Source: Patescibacteria group bacterium (GTDB taxonomy: Bacteria; Patescibacteriota; Minisyncoccia; Phycocordibacterales; Phycocordibacteraceae). Taken from it: DNA of 64,000 bases. Positions 9,501 through 17,540 of this stretch are shown piece after piece. Every line of letters begins with the position of its first letter. Position 1 is the stretch's first letter. Where the stretch lies: positions 1,133 to 65,132 of the forward strand of contig JAGWVF010000002.1 of assembly GCA_018971045.1 (NCBI GenBank), given 5' to 3'. Position numbers and translations under genes: made by a program. The notes beneath the pieces were generated by a model, which saw only the letters and a program-made list of their open reading frames with translations, was not told where the DNA came from and ran no database searches.

Positions 9501-9847
9501 AGCCGCTCCCGCCTCCAGCTCCAGTGGCCGCGCCAGAGGCGCCAGTCGTCACGAGTTGGGGGTCAGCGGTGATGTTACCAGCGCCTATACTCTCGACCAC
9601 GACACCAGTAGTAGCGGCGGTTGCCACTACTACAGCATCAACAACGCCGGTTCGGGTTGTCGTTGCCGTAGCTCCAAAGCAGTCACAAGAGAAGCGGCGC
9701 GTGGCGACTCTCACTAGGCAACTGGTCACGCCGAAGGTAGCAGCTATGAGTACCTCGACTTCTCAACACCCAAGTAGAATGAGCTTCACCGCATCGGTCT
9801 ATAATGGGTTTAGAGTGATTTGGTCGATATTCAAGAATCTCTTCTGA
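6530..9847 (+). CDS. Secreted multidomain protein. Signal peptide, then right-handed parallel beta-helix region, then alpha/beta-hydrolase (lipase/esterase-like; nucleophile elbow ITHSNGG), then Pro/Ala-rich C-terminal tail.
   Basis: N-terminal signal MEISGMKGYLIPILLGAVLACATPAFA. Beta-helix-type repeats (Gly/Thr/Val-rich, NxxG-like). Lipase class-2/PGAP1/LCAT-like segment VTIITHSNGGLVAKAL. SD-like ggaagggg before ATG 6530. Confidence 0.6.
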   Translation: MEISGMKGYLIPILLGAVLACATPAFADTVINSDITTDTTWTAAESPYLVQGFVSVGEGATLTIEPGVTVEFEDGAFLDIAGRLTAAGSAAEPITFTSRGAWSLSLEEGGSAAIDYASLLHTNSIADFSSGVFSIAHALIQDSDSGLGVYGGMLTLDTVTLDTVSGDAINLSASSGSLSHVTVRNANTGVQVYNESHADLADFITDHLKSQAVAVYAQSSVTIASSTIEHTRGEALDVWDSSALTLHSVAVEDTTGAAIGAYNSSVVTADHLQLIGGTEDGLDTYGASAVSLTDATISGFAQGAGIADYRNDPSASPLVVENTEIWGNDTGLLLYAAGVPLTFTHNAIHDNTVAGIVTSDAVTADLSNTYWGDASGPYNDPANPEGKGNAVVLAPGSAVTFSPWLTSWGAPLPSNVLFLPGIEGSRLYEGTGCGKGQEELLWEPADPAWYKNLFPGAGDGKVKELALNATGHSLCSDIYTKPGDIIDSVNGTRIYQSLSDTLAGLKASGTITDWRAAAYDWRLSLPDIIAKGSEHDGRIYYEEATSTPYLEQTLRELAASSKSGKVTIITHSNGGLVAKALITKLGADAPNLIDKVLFVGVPQTGAPTAVGAILYGYQQGITWGYGLMTLVHDYAARDLAQNSPMSYHLLPSEDYLESTMGDPDHPVIRFAGAGYAKEEAAYGATIANRVALGDFLSAREGGRAQPSEKDVKNAAIASYALYGYATSTHAALDSWSAPTGIEVDQIAGWGVDTLAGIDFYSSPGKSNRLFRPIFVEDGDGTVPVPSALQMASDTNVKRYWIDLHGYYNDTKKKLSHENLFELPQLEEYLKQRITDAQQSLPQYLVSQQPNSASLSKKLIFFLHSPLTLQASDSSGRVTGLAIDGTITEDIPGSTYGELGEVKYLIVPEGDEYLLTLHGQDAGAFSLDIEESQAGVVSRAATLADLPTTASTTATMTVSNLDTHSDLTVDENGDGKNVFTLSPVVGQTVTYKPLPPPAPVAAPEAPVVTSWGSAVMLPAPILSTTTPVVAAVATTTASTTPVRVVVAVAPKQSQEKRRVATLTRQLVTPKVAAMSTSTSQHPSRMSFTASVYNGFRVIWSIFKNLF

Positions 9848-9852
9848 AATAT

Positions 9853-10287
9853 ATGAGAAAAAACGTCTTACAATTTCTACCAGTACTAATTTGCGCCACT
9901 ACACTCGGCTTCGGCGAATTTAGTAGATGGTGTGTTCGCGAGGGCAATTTTTGTTACCGGACAGTAATCGACCAGGTGATTCCCTCGATCATTTATCCAG
10001 CATATTTCTTCGCGCTTTACACTCTGCCCATAGCTCTCGTTCTCGTTTTTGTCCCCAGGCCAGTTTTCAAATCATGGCTCAAGTTTGCTGTGTGGGCGAT
10101 CCCGCTCGCAGTTATCCGCATCGCATTTACTCCGGTCTATCCAGGCGGCATGAATCTTTTCTCCTACGTTCGTGACGACGCCGCGCGCGATATGGGTTTT
10201 ATCTTTATGATTGTGAGTTTGTTGGTCATCGCCTTCGCCAGGCGCGGCGAGCGCAAATTAGTGAATAAGGAAACCGTAAATCCCTAA
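9853..10287 (+). CDS. Hypothetical small integral membrane protein (about 4 TM), lower-GC gene
   Basis: ORF with hydrophobic segments. Local GC is clearly below the window average. A REP-A solo copy lies just downstream. Confidence 0.4.
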   Translation: MRKNVLQFLPVLICATTLGFGEFSRWCVREGNFCYRTVIDQVIPSIIYPAYFFALYTLPIALVLVFVPRPVFKSWLKFAVWAIPLAVIRIAFTPVYPGGMNLFSYVRDDAARDMGFIFMIVSLLVIAFARRGERKLVNKETVNP

Positions 10288-10310
10288 CTTTTGGGTCCGG
10301 TCCTCAAGTG

Positions 10311-10340
10311 GAAAATCAGTCATCGGATGACTGATTTTGG
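10311..10340. repeat. REP-A3 solo copy (AATCAGTCATCGGATGACTGATT at 10314-10336)
   Basis: Identical palindrome to REP-A1. Intergenic between the membrane-protein gene and gap. Confidence 0.85.
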
Positions 10341-10400
10341 GGATTGGGGAGAGGGAAGATGATATACTGAAGCGCAGTATAACTAATACCAATATATTGT

Positions 10401-11408
10401 ATGGCTATTCGTGTCGCGATTAACGGGTTTGGGAGAATAGGGAGAGCGTTCGCGCGCCGATCATACGGGCGCGATATCGAGATCGTCGCGGTGAACGATC
10501 TCGGCTCGCTCGAGAATTTGGCATATTTGCTTAAGTATGACACCGTCTACGGCCGCGCGCCGTTCACGGTCGAAACAAAGGACGGCGGACTTCTCATGGG
10601 CGGCTCGATGGTGCGCTTTTGTCAGGAAAAGGATCCTGCGAACCTCCTGTGGAAGGAACTTGCCGTGGACGTGGTCGTCGAGTCAACCGGATTCTTTACC
10701 GATTATGAGAAGGCAGAGGCGCATATCACTGCCGGCGCGCGCCGCGTCGTCATTACGGCGCCGGTCAAGGGGGATTCGCCTCTCGGCGCGACTGTGCTTA
10801 TGGGAGTCAATGAGGATCGGCTTGCCGCGTGCCAAATGACCAGTAACGCGTCCTGCACCACCAACTCCGCGAGCCCGGTGATCGCGATTCTCGACGAAGC
10901 GATCGGCATCGAGAAGGCGATACTCTCCACCACGCACGCCTATACCGCGAGCCAGTCGATTGTCGACAGCCCGTCGAGAAAAGACATGCGAGAGGGAAGA
11001 GCCGCGGCGCAAAATATCGTCCCGACTTCGACCGGCGCCGCGATCGCGGTCGCGCAGGCGTACGAGCCGCTCTCCGGAAAGTTCGACGGCATCTCGCTCC
11101 GGGTGCCGGTACCGGCCGGATCGATCGCCGACGTAACCTTCATCGCGAAGCGTTCGACGACGCGCGAAGAGGTGAATGAGATCTTGCGCGCCGCCGCTCA
11201 GTTACCGCGCTGGGAGGGCATCTTCACCGTGACCGACGAAGAACTCGTCTCGAGCGACATCGTCGGAGAGCCGCACGCGTCAATCGCCGATCTTGGAATG
11301 ACGAGAGTCGTCGACGGCACGCTCGTGAAAGTGCTCGCCTGGTACGACAATGAAATGGGGTACACTGAAGCGCTCGTTCGCCACGTGATCAAAGCGGCCA
11401 ATGCCTAA
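10401..11408 (+). CDS. gap: Glyceraldehyde-3-phosphate dehydrogenase
   Basis: N-terminal INGFGRIGR Rossmann motif. Catalytic ASCTTNS motif. Full-length 335 aa. Confidence 0.93.
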   Translation: MAIRVAINGFGRIGRAFARRSYGRDIEIVAVNDLGSLENLAYLLKYDTVYGRAPFTVETKDGGLLMGGSMVRFCQEKDPANLLWKELAVDVVVESTGFFTDYEKAEAHITAGARRVVITAPVKGDSPLGATVLMGVNEDRLAACQMTSNASCTTNSASPVIAILDEAIGIEKAILSTTHAYTASQSIVDSPSRKDMREGRAAAQNIVPTSTGAAIAVAQAYEPLSGKFDGISLRVPVPAGSIADVTFIAKRSTTREEVNEILRAAAQLPRWEGIFTVTDEELVSSDIVGEPHASIADLGMTRVVDGTLVKVLAWYDNEMGYTEALVRHVIKAANA

Positions 11409-11886
11409 AGTCTATTTTGCGGCCGATCACGCCGGATTCTCGCTCAAGAACGCACTCCTCGAGCGCGTCCGCGCGCTCGGTTACGACGCCGAGGATCTCG
11501 GCGCGTTCGAAAACAATCCGGAAGACGACTATCCCGATTTCGTGACCGCGCTCGCCGAGCGCGTCATGCGCGAGCCGGAAACGCGCGGCATTATCATCGG
11601 CGGCAGCGGCCAGGGCGAGGCGATGTGCGCGAATCGCCTCCGCGGCGTCCGCGCCGCGGTCTTCTACGGCCCGAGGCGCGTGACTGCGGAATTGGAGATT
11701 GAAGGCGATCATTCGGAGGACGGTTTCGATTCGGTGCGACTTCCCCGCCGGCACAATGACGCGAACGTACTCTCGATCGGCGCGCGTTTCGTCTCGGGAG
11801 ACGAAGCCGATGAAGCCGTGCGACTCTTCCTCGAGACGCCTTTTTCCAAGGATCCGCGCCACGCGCGCCGTATCGCGAAATACTAG
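11401..11886 (+). CDS. rpiB: Ribose-5-phosphate isomerase B (RpiB/LacAB family)
   Basis: MPKVYFAADHAGFSLKNAL N-terminus typical of RpiB. 8-nt start/stop overlap with gap (ATGCCTAA). Confidence 0.85.
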   Translation: MPKVYFAADHAGFSLKNALLERVRALGYDAEDLGAFENNPEDDYPDFVTALAERVMREPETRGIIIGGSGQGEAMCANRLRGVRAAVFYGPRRVTAELEIEGDHSEDGFDSVRLPRRHNDANVLSIGARFVSGDEADEAVRLFLETPFSKDPRHARRIAKY

Positions 11887-11901
11887 CGCTATACTTCAGA
11901 C

Positions 11902-12591
11902 ATGAGCCTCGTCGTTCCCGCGGTGCTTCCGTCCACCGAGCGCGAGTTCGATGATACGCTCGCGCTCTACGGCGCGCTTCCGCGCATCACGCGCATCCAG
12001 GTCGACGTGGTTGACGGACGATTCGCGACACCCGCGTCTTGGCCCTATACCGCGCCGAAGGATCTGCGCGACCGCATCGCCGAGGGTGTGATGCTCCCGC
12101 ACCTCGACCGGATCGAATACGAGATTGACCTCATGTGCCTCGACGCGGAGCATGCCGCCGCCCAGTGGCTCGCGCTTGGCGCGAGCCGGCTCACCTTCCA
12201 CGCGGAGAGCGTTTCTTCAATCGCCCGCTTTCTCGGATCAATGCGCAAGCAGTTCGGCCACATCGTTACCTTCGGCCTTGCCGTGAACGTCGCGAGCGAT
12301 CTCGCGCTCATCGAGCAGAGCCTCGGCGAGATCGCGTACGTGCAGTTTATGGGCATCGCGACGATCGGGCGGCAGGGCCAGCCGTTTGACGCGCGCGTAC
12401 TCGAGAAGATACGCGCTTTCCGCACGCGGCATCCCGACTTGCCTATCCAGGTTGACGGAGGCGTCTCTTTCGATTCGGCGAAGAAACTCCTCGCATTGCG
12501 CGTCAACAATCTGGTTATCGGATCCGGAATCCTGCGCGCCGGCGATCCAGCCGACGCGTTCGCGGCATACGACGCGCTCGAGCGCGCGTAA
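11902..12591 (+). CDS. rpe: Ribulose-phosphate 3-epimerase (divergent)
   Basis: VDVVDGRF...HLD...H(A)ES...IQVDGGV...GSGIL pattern matches the Rpe TIM-barrel metal/phosphate-binding motifs. Pentose-phosphate gene context. Confidence 0.7.
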   Translation: MSLVVPAVLPSTEREFDDTLALYGALPRITRIQVDVVDGRFATPASWPYTAPKDLRDRIAEGVMLPHLDRIEYEIDLMCLDAEHAAAQWLALGASRLTFHAESVSSIARFLGSMRKQFGHIVTFGLAVNVASDLALIEQSLGEIAYVQFMGIATIGRQGQPFDARVLEKIRAFRTRHPDLPIQVDGGVSFDSAKKLLALRVNNLVIGSGILRAGDPADAFAAYDALERA

Positions 12592-12650
12592 CCGCTCGGC
12601 ATCCCCACATTCGCGCGAAGACGGACCCGGGTATCGGGTATACTGAAAAG

Positions 12651-13508
12651 ATGACCCTAACGAGCACAGACGTCGCTCTTCTTGAAAAGAAGGCGGAAGC
12701 GATCCGCGAAACGATTATCGCGATGCTTGTCGCCGCGGGGAGCGGACACACCGCCGGCTCCTTGGGCATGGCGGATATCTTTGCCGCATTTTATTTTCAT
12801 ATTCTGAAGCACGACCCGAAGCGTCCCGAGTGGGAAGGACGCGATCGGCTCATTCTCTCAAACGGGCATACTTGTCCAGTGCGCTATGCGGCGATGGCGC
12901 ATGCCGGCTATTTTCCGATCGCCGAATGCCTCACCTTGCGCGCGTTCGGTAGCCGCCTGCAGGGGCACCCTGAGCGTCTGCGTCTGCCCGGCCTCGAGAC
13001 GACGTCGGGTCCCTTAGGCGAGGGTCTCTCTCAAGCGTCTGGAATTGCGTACGCGCTTCGGATGGACGGAAAACAAAACCGCGTCTACTGCGTGATGGGC
13101 GACGGCGAGCAGGAAGAGGGCAATATCTGGGAGGCGGCGCTTTTCGCAGGCAAGTACAAGCTCCACAATCTCACCGCGATTATGGACCGCAACAATATCC
13201 AGATCGACGGCATGACCGAGGACGTGATGCCGCTCGAGTCGGTCGCCGATAAATATCGCGCGTTCAACTGGCACGTGCTTGAGGTCAACGGCCACGACAT
13301 ACGGGCTTTCATCACTGCAGTCGAAGAGGCGGCCGTAATCTACGAGAAACCGACCATCATCATCGCGCACACCATCCCCGGCCGCGGCGTTCCGGAGATC
13401 GAGTTTGACTATCACTGGCACGGCAAGCCGCCCACCAAGGAGGAGGGCGCCCGTTTCCTTAAAGAACTGCGCACGGCCCGCGGCAAGGTTCCTCACGAAT
13501 ATGCTTAA
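12651..13508 (+). CDS. tktA: Transketolase, N-terminal (TPP-binding) subunit of split enzyme
   Basis: GSGHTAGSLGMADI and GDGEQEEGNIWEA motifs (TPP binding). 285 aa. Confidence 0.88.
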   Translation: MTLTSTDVALLEKKAEAIRETIIAMLVAAGSGHTAGSLGMADIFAAFYFHILKHDPKRPEWEGRDRLILSNGHTCPVRYAAMAHAGYFPIAECLTLRAFGSRLQGHPERLRLPGLETTSGPLGEGLSQASGIAYALRMDGKQNRVYCVMGDGEQEEGNIWEAALFAGKYKLHNLTAIMDRNNIQIDGMTEDVMPLESVADKYRAFNWHVLEVNGHDIRAFITAVEEAAVIYEKPTIIIAHTIPGRGVPEIEFDYHWHGKPPTKEEGARFLKELRTARGKVPHEYA

Positions 13509-14487
13509 TCAGGACGCTCATTTGTCTGAAAAGACGTTTGCGGACGATATCGCGACCGCGGCGACGCGCGACGGCTTCGGCGTGGGCGCGATCGAGGCGG
13601 GGAAGGCCGACGCGCACGTCGTGGTGCTCTGTGCGGATTTGAAGGAGTCAACGCGCGCGGAAGAATTTGAAAAAGTATTTCCCGATCGCTTTATCGAAAT
13701 GGGCGTTTCGGAACAGAACATGGCGGCGCTCTCGGCCGGCATGGCGCTCGCGGGCAAGAAGCCGTTTATCGCGAGCTACGCCGCTTTCAATCCGGGCCGA
13801 AATTATGAGCAGATTCGGACCACCATTGCGCTCAATCGCGTCGGCGTCGTGATCTGCGGCATGCACGCGGGCGTTTCGGTCGGGCCGGACGGCGCGACGC
13901 ACCAAATGCTTGAAGATATCGGGCTCATGCGCATGTTGCCGCATATGACCGTGATCGCTCCCGGGGATGCCGGGGAGGCGCGCAAGGCGGTGCTCGCCGC
14001 CGCGAGCGCCGAGGGGCCGGTCTATATCCGTTTCGGCCGCGCGCCCACGCCGGTGTACACGACGAGCGAAACGCCCTTTCAGATAGGGAAGGCGCTCGTT
14101 CTGTATGATTCGGAAAAACCGGACATCGCGCTTCTTGCTACCGGCGCACTGAGCCACACCGCGCTTTTAGCCGCCGGCTCGCTTGCAGAAGACGGCATCG
14201 CCGCAACGGTTCTGCATGTTCCGACGATAAAACCGCTCGATACGGAGGCGGTGCTCGGCGCCGCGCGCCGTGCCGGCCGCGTTCTCACCGTCGAGGAGCA
14301 TCAGATCGCTGGAGGATTCGGGAGCGCGGTCGCCGAACTGCTCGCCGAGAAGCATCCGGTGCCGATCAAGCGTCTCGGCGTCAACGACGAGTTCGGCCAG
14401 TCGGGTACTCCGAACGAGCTTCTTTCCCACTACGGACTCGATAGGCGGTCTCTCTGCGACGCGGTGCGCGCATTCGTCCGTCCGTAA
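13501..14487 (+). CDS. tktB: Transketolase, C-terminal (pyrimidine-binding) subunit
   Basis: MLNQDAHLSEKTFADD...EMGVSEQNM motif. Start ATG 13501 overlaps the tktA stop (ATGCTTAA), implying translational coupling. Confidence 0.85.
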   Translation: MLNQDAHLSEKTFADDIATAATRDGFGVGAIEAGKADAHVVVLCADLKESTRAEEFEKVFPDRFIEMGVSEQNMAALSAGMALAGKKPFIASYAAFNPGRNYEQIRTTIALNRVGVVICGMHAGVSVGPDGATHQMLEDIGLMRMLPHMTVIAPGDAGEARKAVLAAASAEGPVYIRFGRAPTPVYTTSETPFQIGKALVLYDSEKPDIALLATGALSHTALLAAGSLAEDGIAATVLHVPTIKPLDTEAVLGAARRAGRVLTVEEHQIAGGFGSAVAELLAEKHPVPIKRLGVNDEFGQSGTPNELLSHYGLDRRSLCDAVRAFVRP

Positions 14488-14636
14488 ACATTCTTCATGC
14501 TCCTTCAGAAAATAAACTCGTATATGGCGGTTTTAATCATTACAATTTTCGGAGCGGCGGCTTCGCTCATTATCGTCCACGCCGCTTACAACAGTACGTT
14601 CAGCGTGATCTTTAACACCTCGACGTACAGCAATTA

Positions 14637-15620
14637 TTAGAGCGCCGTAACGGCATAGCTGGCGGGAGCATTCGCGACATAGGACTCGAGCGCGTCGCGC
14701 GTGAGCAAGCCCTTTTGAGCGCCGAAGGCCTGCACCACCGACATCGCGTTGATCGGCCCCCACGAGAGAGCCTCGGAAAGCGATTTTCCGAGCGCGAGCG
14801 CGACGACGAAGGTCGAGGTGGTCGCGTCGCCCGCGCCGGTCCGATCAATCGGCGGTGTCGGATCAGGGTACATAGGAACGTGAAGCATTTCGGTACCGTC
14901 GAAGACTGAACTGCCGTTTTTCCCGTCGGTGATAAGCGCGATCCTCGGTCCGAGCGCGCGCATTTGCCGAAGAAGCGTTCGAACATCCGTCTCGCCAAGG
15001 CCGAGAATCTGTTCGGCCTCTTCTTTATTGACAGCGACGACATCGGCGCGCGCGTAGAGCGCCGCGAGTGCATCCTTTCCCATCCGGATCTGGAAGGTTC
15101 CGGGCTGGAAGGCGAGTTTCACTTCCGGATGCTCCATGAGCCACGCGACAATCTCGGCGTGGAAGGCCTCGGTATGTTCAGCGAGCGAGGAGAGATAGAT
15201 CCATGCCGGCGCCACGGACGCGGTCGGGAATCGGTACGGATACGCTTCGTGCCGTATGAGGATAGTGCGCTCAGTGTCGTAGGAGAGCACATAATGATGA
15301 TTGGTCGGGATGCCGTCGTGGACGGCGACGTAGCGAGTATCAACGCCTTCCTTCGTGAAGGCGGCGATACAATCCTCGCCGAAACGATCGTTTCCGATAT
15401 TTGAAATGAATCCCGCTTTGAGGCCGAGGCGCGCGGCGGCGACGGCGGCGTTCGCGGCGTTGCCGACTGCCGGCACCATGATCGCCGATTCATACGGAAT
15501 CTTCGCGCCCCACTGCATCGAGATCGTGCAATCTTCTTGATTGATGTCGCAGTGCACCCGCGCTTCTTTCAATTGAATAAACTCGTCAACGACCGTGTCG
15601 CCTATTGCAATGAAGTCCAT
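14637..15620 (-). CDS. PfkB-family carbohydrate kinase (ribokinase-like)
   Basis: C-terminal TGAGDATTSTFVVAL anion-hole motif of the PfkB family. Start taken at MDFIAIGDTVVDE. Confidence 0.7.
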   Translation of the reverse strand: MDFIAIGDTVVDEFIQLKEARVHCDINQEDCTISMQWGAKIPYESAIMVPAVGNAANAAVAAARLGLKAGFISNIGNDRFGEDCIAAFTKEGVDTRYVAVHDGIPTNHHYVLSYDTERTILIRHEAYPYRFPTASVAPAWIYLSSLAEHTEAFHAEIVAWLMEHPEVKLAFQPGTFQIRMGKDALAALYARADVVAVNKEEAEQILGLGETDVRTLLRQMRALGPRIALITDGKNGSSVFDGTEMLHVPMYPDPTPPIDRTGAGDATTSTFVVALALGKSLSEALSWGPINAMSVVQAFGAQKGLLTRDALESYVANAPASYAVTAL

Positions 15621-15662
15621 ATGTACACGACTATACCACATTCGCATGCTAAACTATACGGC

Positions 15663-16655
15663 ATGACTGACTTGGTAGCCGTCGCGCGTTCGCTTTGTTC
15701 TTCCGGAAAAGGATTGCTCGCCGCCGACGAGAGCGTGCACACCGCCACCACGCGTCTCGCTTCCTACGGCATCGCGGCGAGCCCCGAGATGCGGCGGAAA
15801 TTCCGCGATCTTTTCTTCGGAACCGAGGACGTCGAGCGCTATCTTTCCGGCATCATCCTCTTTTCCGAAACCTTGAGCGAAAAGGGCGATGACGCGAAGC
15901 TTTTTCCTGAATCGCTCGCGGCGCGCGGCATCGCTCCCGGAGTGAAAGTTGATCTCGGAACCGAACCCATGCAGGAGAGCCCGCAAGAGCTCATCACCAA
16001 CGGACTTCTCGATCTCCCCGAGCGATTGGGCGCCTACAAGAAGCAGGGCGCGGTCTTCACCAAGTGGCGCGCGGTGATCCGCATTGACGGCGATGAATTG
16101 CCGAGCACCGTCGCGCTCCACGAAAACGCCAAGCGTCTCGCGCACTATGCCAAAGAGGTTCAGGGCGCCGGTATGGTGCCAATCCTCGAGCCGGAGGTCC
16201 TGCTTGAAGGGCGGCACGGGCGCGCCCGCGCCCGCGCGGTGATCGTCGAGACGATGAGCACGCTCTTCTCGGTGCTTGACGAGCTCTCCGTCGATAAGGC
16301 GAGTCTCATCATCAAGACCGCGATGGCGCTCTCGGGAAGCGCCATCGCGAAGATCGATTCGCCGGAAGAGGTGGCCGAGGACACGGTCGCGGCGCTTCTG
16401 GAGAGCGTTCCGCGCCAGGTGGCGGGTATCGTCTTTCTCTCGGGCGGCCAGACGCCCGATCAGGCGACCGCGAATCTCGCCGCGATCGCGAAGCGGGCTC
16501 GGAGCGCGAACGCCCCCTGGCCGCTCACGTTCTCCTACGCCCGGGCGCTTCAGGAGGAGGCGCTCGCGATCTGGAAAGGGAAAGAAGAGAATGTCCCCGC
16601 CGCTCGAGCCGCTTTTCTCGATCGTTTGAAGAAAGTCTCCGCCGCTCTTGTTTAA
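15663..16655 (+). CDS. fba: Fructose-bisphosphate aldolase, class I
   Basis: GKGLLAADES signature of class I aldolases. Start MTDLVAVA. Confidence 0.85.
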   Translation: MTDLVAVARSLCSSGKGLLAADESVHTATTRLASYGIAASPEMRRKFRDLFFGTEDVERYLSGIILFSETLSEKGDDAKLFPESLAARGIAPGVKVDLGTEPMQESPQELITNGLLDLPERLGAYKKQGAVFTKWRAVIRIDGDELPSTVALHENAKRLAHYAKEVQGAGMVPILEPEVLLEGRHGRARARAVIVETMSTLFSVLDELSVDKASLIIKTAMALSGSAIAKIDSPEEVAEDTVAALLESVPRQVAGIVFLSGGQTPDQATANLAAIAKRARSANAPWPLTFSYARALQEEALAIWKGKEENVPAARAAFLDRLKKVSAALV

Positions 16656-16742
16656 AATCCTGAGAATCTCTGAAAATTCCCCTTTGAAATGCAATTGCTC
16701 TAATATGCGGCAATATGCAAAAGAGAAAGGAGGTGATGCGTA

Positions 16743-16988
16743 ATGAAGCCGGAAACGTTTGCCGCACTTTGCGCGGTGGCGTCGGTCCCCGCCCCGCAGC
16801 CAGCACACGAGCTGGTCACGGGCTGGTGCACCGGCCCACTGGTGGCCAAGACCCCGACGATTAAGGGGTTCGGGGGGTGTCGCTCGCAGGAGCGACACCC
16901 CCTCTTCTCATTGGTTTTGTGCAGATATACTATAGTTATATATGGCGTACACGATTTCATCGATGAAGAGATGGCAAGATCAAATTAA
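16743..16988 (+). CDS. Possible small Cys-containing ORF (81 aa) with strong SD (aaaggaggtga); doubtful
   Basis: Strong SD plus ATG, but the ORF runs through a terminator-like hairpin and overlaps the next gene start. May be a leader or non-coding. Confidence 0.2.
   Translation: MKPETFAALCAVASVPAPQPAHELVTGWCTGPLVAKTPTIKGFGGCRSQERHPLFSLVLCRYTIVIYGVHDFIDEEMARSN
16874..16920 (+). terminator. Rho-independent terminator-like hairpin (13-bp GC stem GGGGGTGTCGCTC/GAGCGACACCCCC, loop GCAG, then pyrimidine/T-rich tail)
   Basis: Stem-loop read directly. Lies downstream of fba and just before the promoter-like TATACT/TATAGT of the next gene. Confidence 0.55.
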
Positions 16989-17478
16989 ATATCTCGTGAA
17001 GGCGGATAGGAAAGAGCACACGATCGCCACAAAAAGTGGCGATTGGACTCAGTGGAAGGAGCGCGCAAGAGAAAATGCGATGATCCTTAAGAAAATTGTT
17101 CGAAAACATGGCTGGCCAACCGTTTCAACGGTCGGCAAGAGGGTTAGTCATGATGCATGGTTCATTGCTCAACATTCTGACGCCGATCAGGATTTCCAAC
17201 AAACTGTACTCAAAGCAATGAAGGATTCCTTTGCCAAAAACCAAAAAGACGTACTGAAAGAAAACATTGCCTTTCTTGAAGACAGGGTCCTCGTTAACAG
17301 GGGTCGCAAACAACTGTATGGTTCGCAGTTTTATGTCAATAAAAAAGGAGAATTAGTTCCCAGACCTATTAGGGACTTGGCACGTTTGGATCAAAGACGT
17401 AAGGATTACCATTTACCGCCCTTTAATGAGTATCTTGAATCTGCTAAAGAATACTCCTCGAAAAGATCTGGGGAATAG
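16942..17478 (+). CDS. Hypothetical protein (178 aa) encoded in a markedly AT-rich island (about 40-45% GC against a window of roughly 60%+)
   Basis: Clean ORF. -10-like TATACT/TATAGT lies 5-10 nt before the ATG. No recognisable family from motifs (contains HGWPTVSTVGKRVSHDAWFIAQHSD). Confidence 0.5.
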   Translation: MAYTISSMKRWQDQIKYLVKADRKEHTIATKSGDWTQWKERARENAMILKKIVRKHGWPTVSTVGKRVSHDAWFIAQHSDADQDFQQTVLKAMKDSFAKNQKDVLKENIAFLEDRVLVNRGRKQLYGSQFYVNKKGELVPRPIRDLARLDQRRKDYHLPPFNEYLESAKEYSSKRSGE

Positions 17479-17540
17479 GTCGTTTTTGAGGGAATCCAAA
17501 AGTTTGCGGGGAAGACGCGGATACGGTATAGTCATCCGAT

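Noticed and set aside
15654-16898. 414-aa ORF on the minus strand antisense to fba, plus many similar long Arg/Ala-rich antisense ORFs (26014-27612, 30872-32044, 43950-45167, 48432-49697, 52445-53494, 57214-58341, 7319-8134)
   Set aside because: Typical spurious open frames in GC-rich DNA opposite well-supported genes. They have low-complexity Arg/Pro/Gly composition and no motifs.
16656-16941. SRP RNA, tmRNA, 6S RNA or RNase P RNA in the fba-downstream non-coding region
   Set aside because: No conserved SRP domain IV motif (AGCAGCCAAGG-like), no tmRNA tag ORF or tRNA-like ends, and too short for RNase P. Only a terminator-like hairpin is evident.
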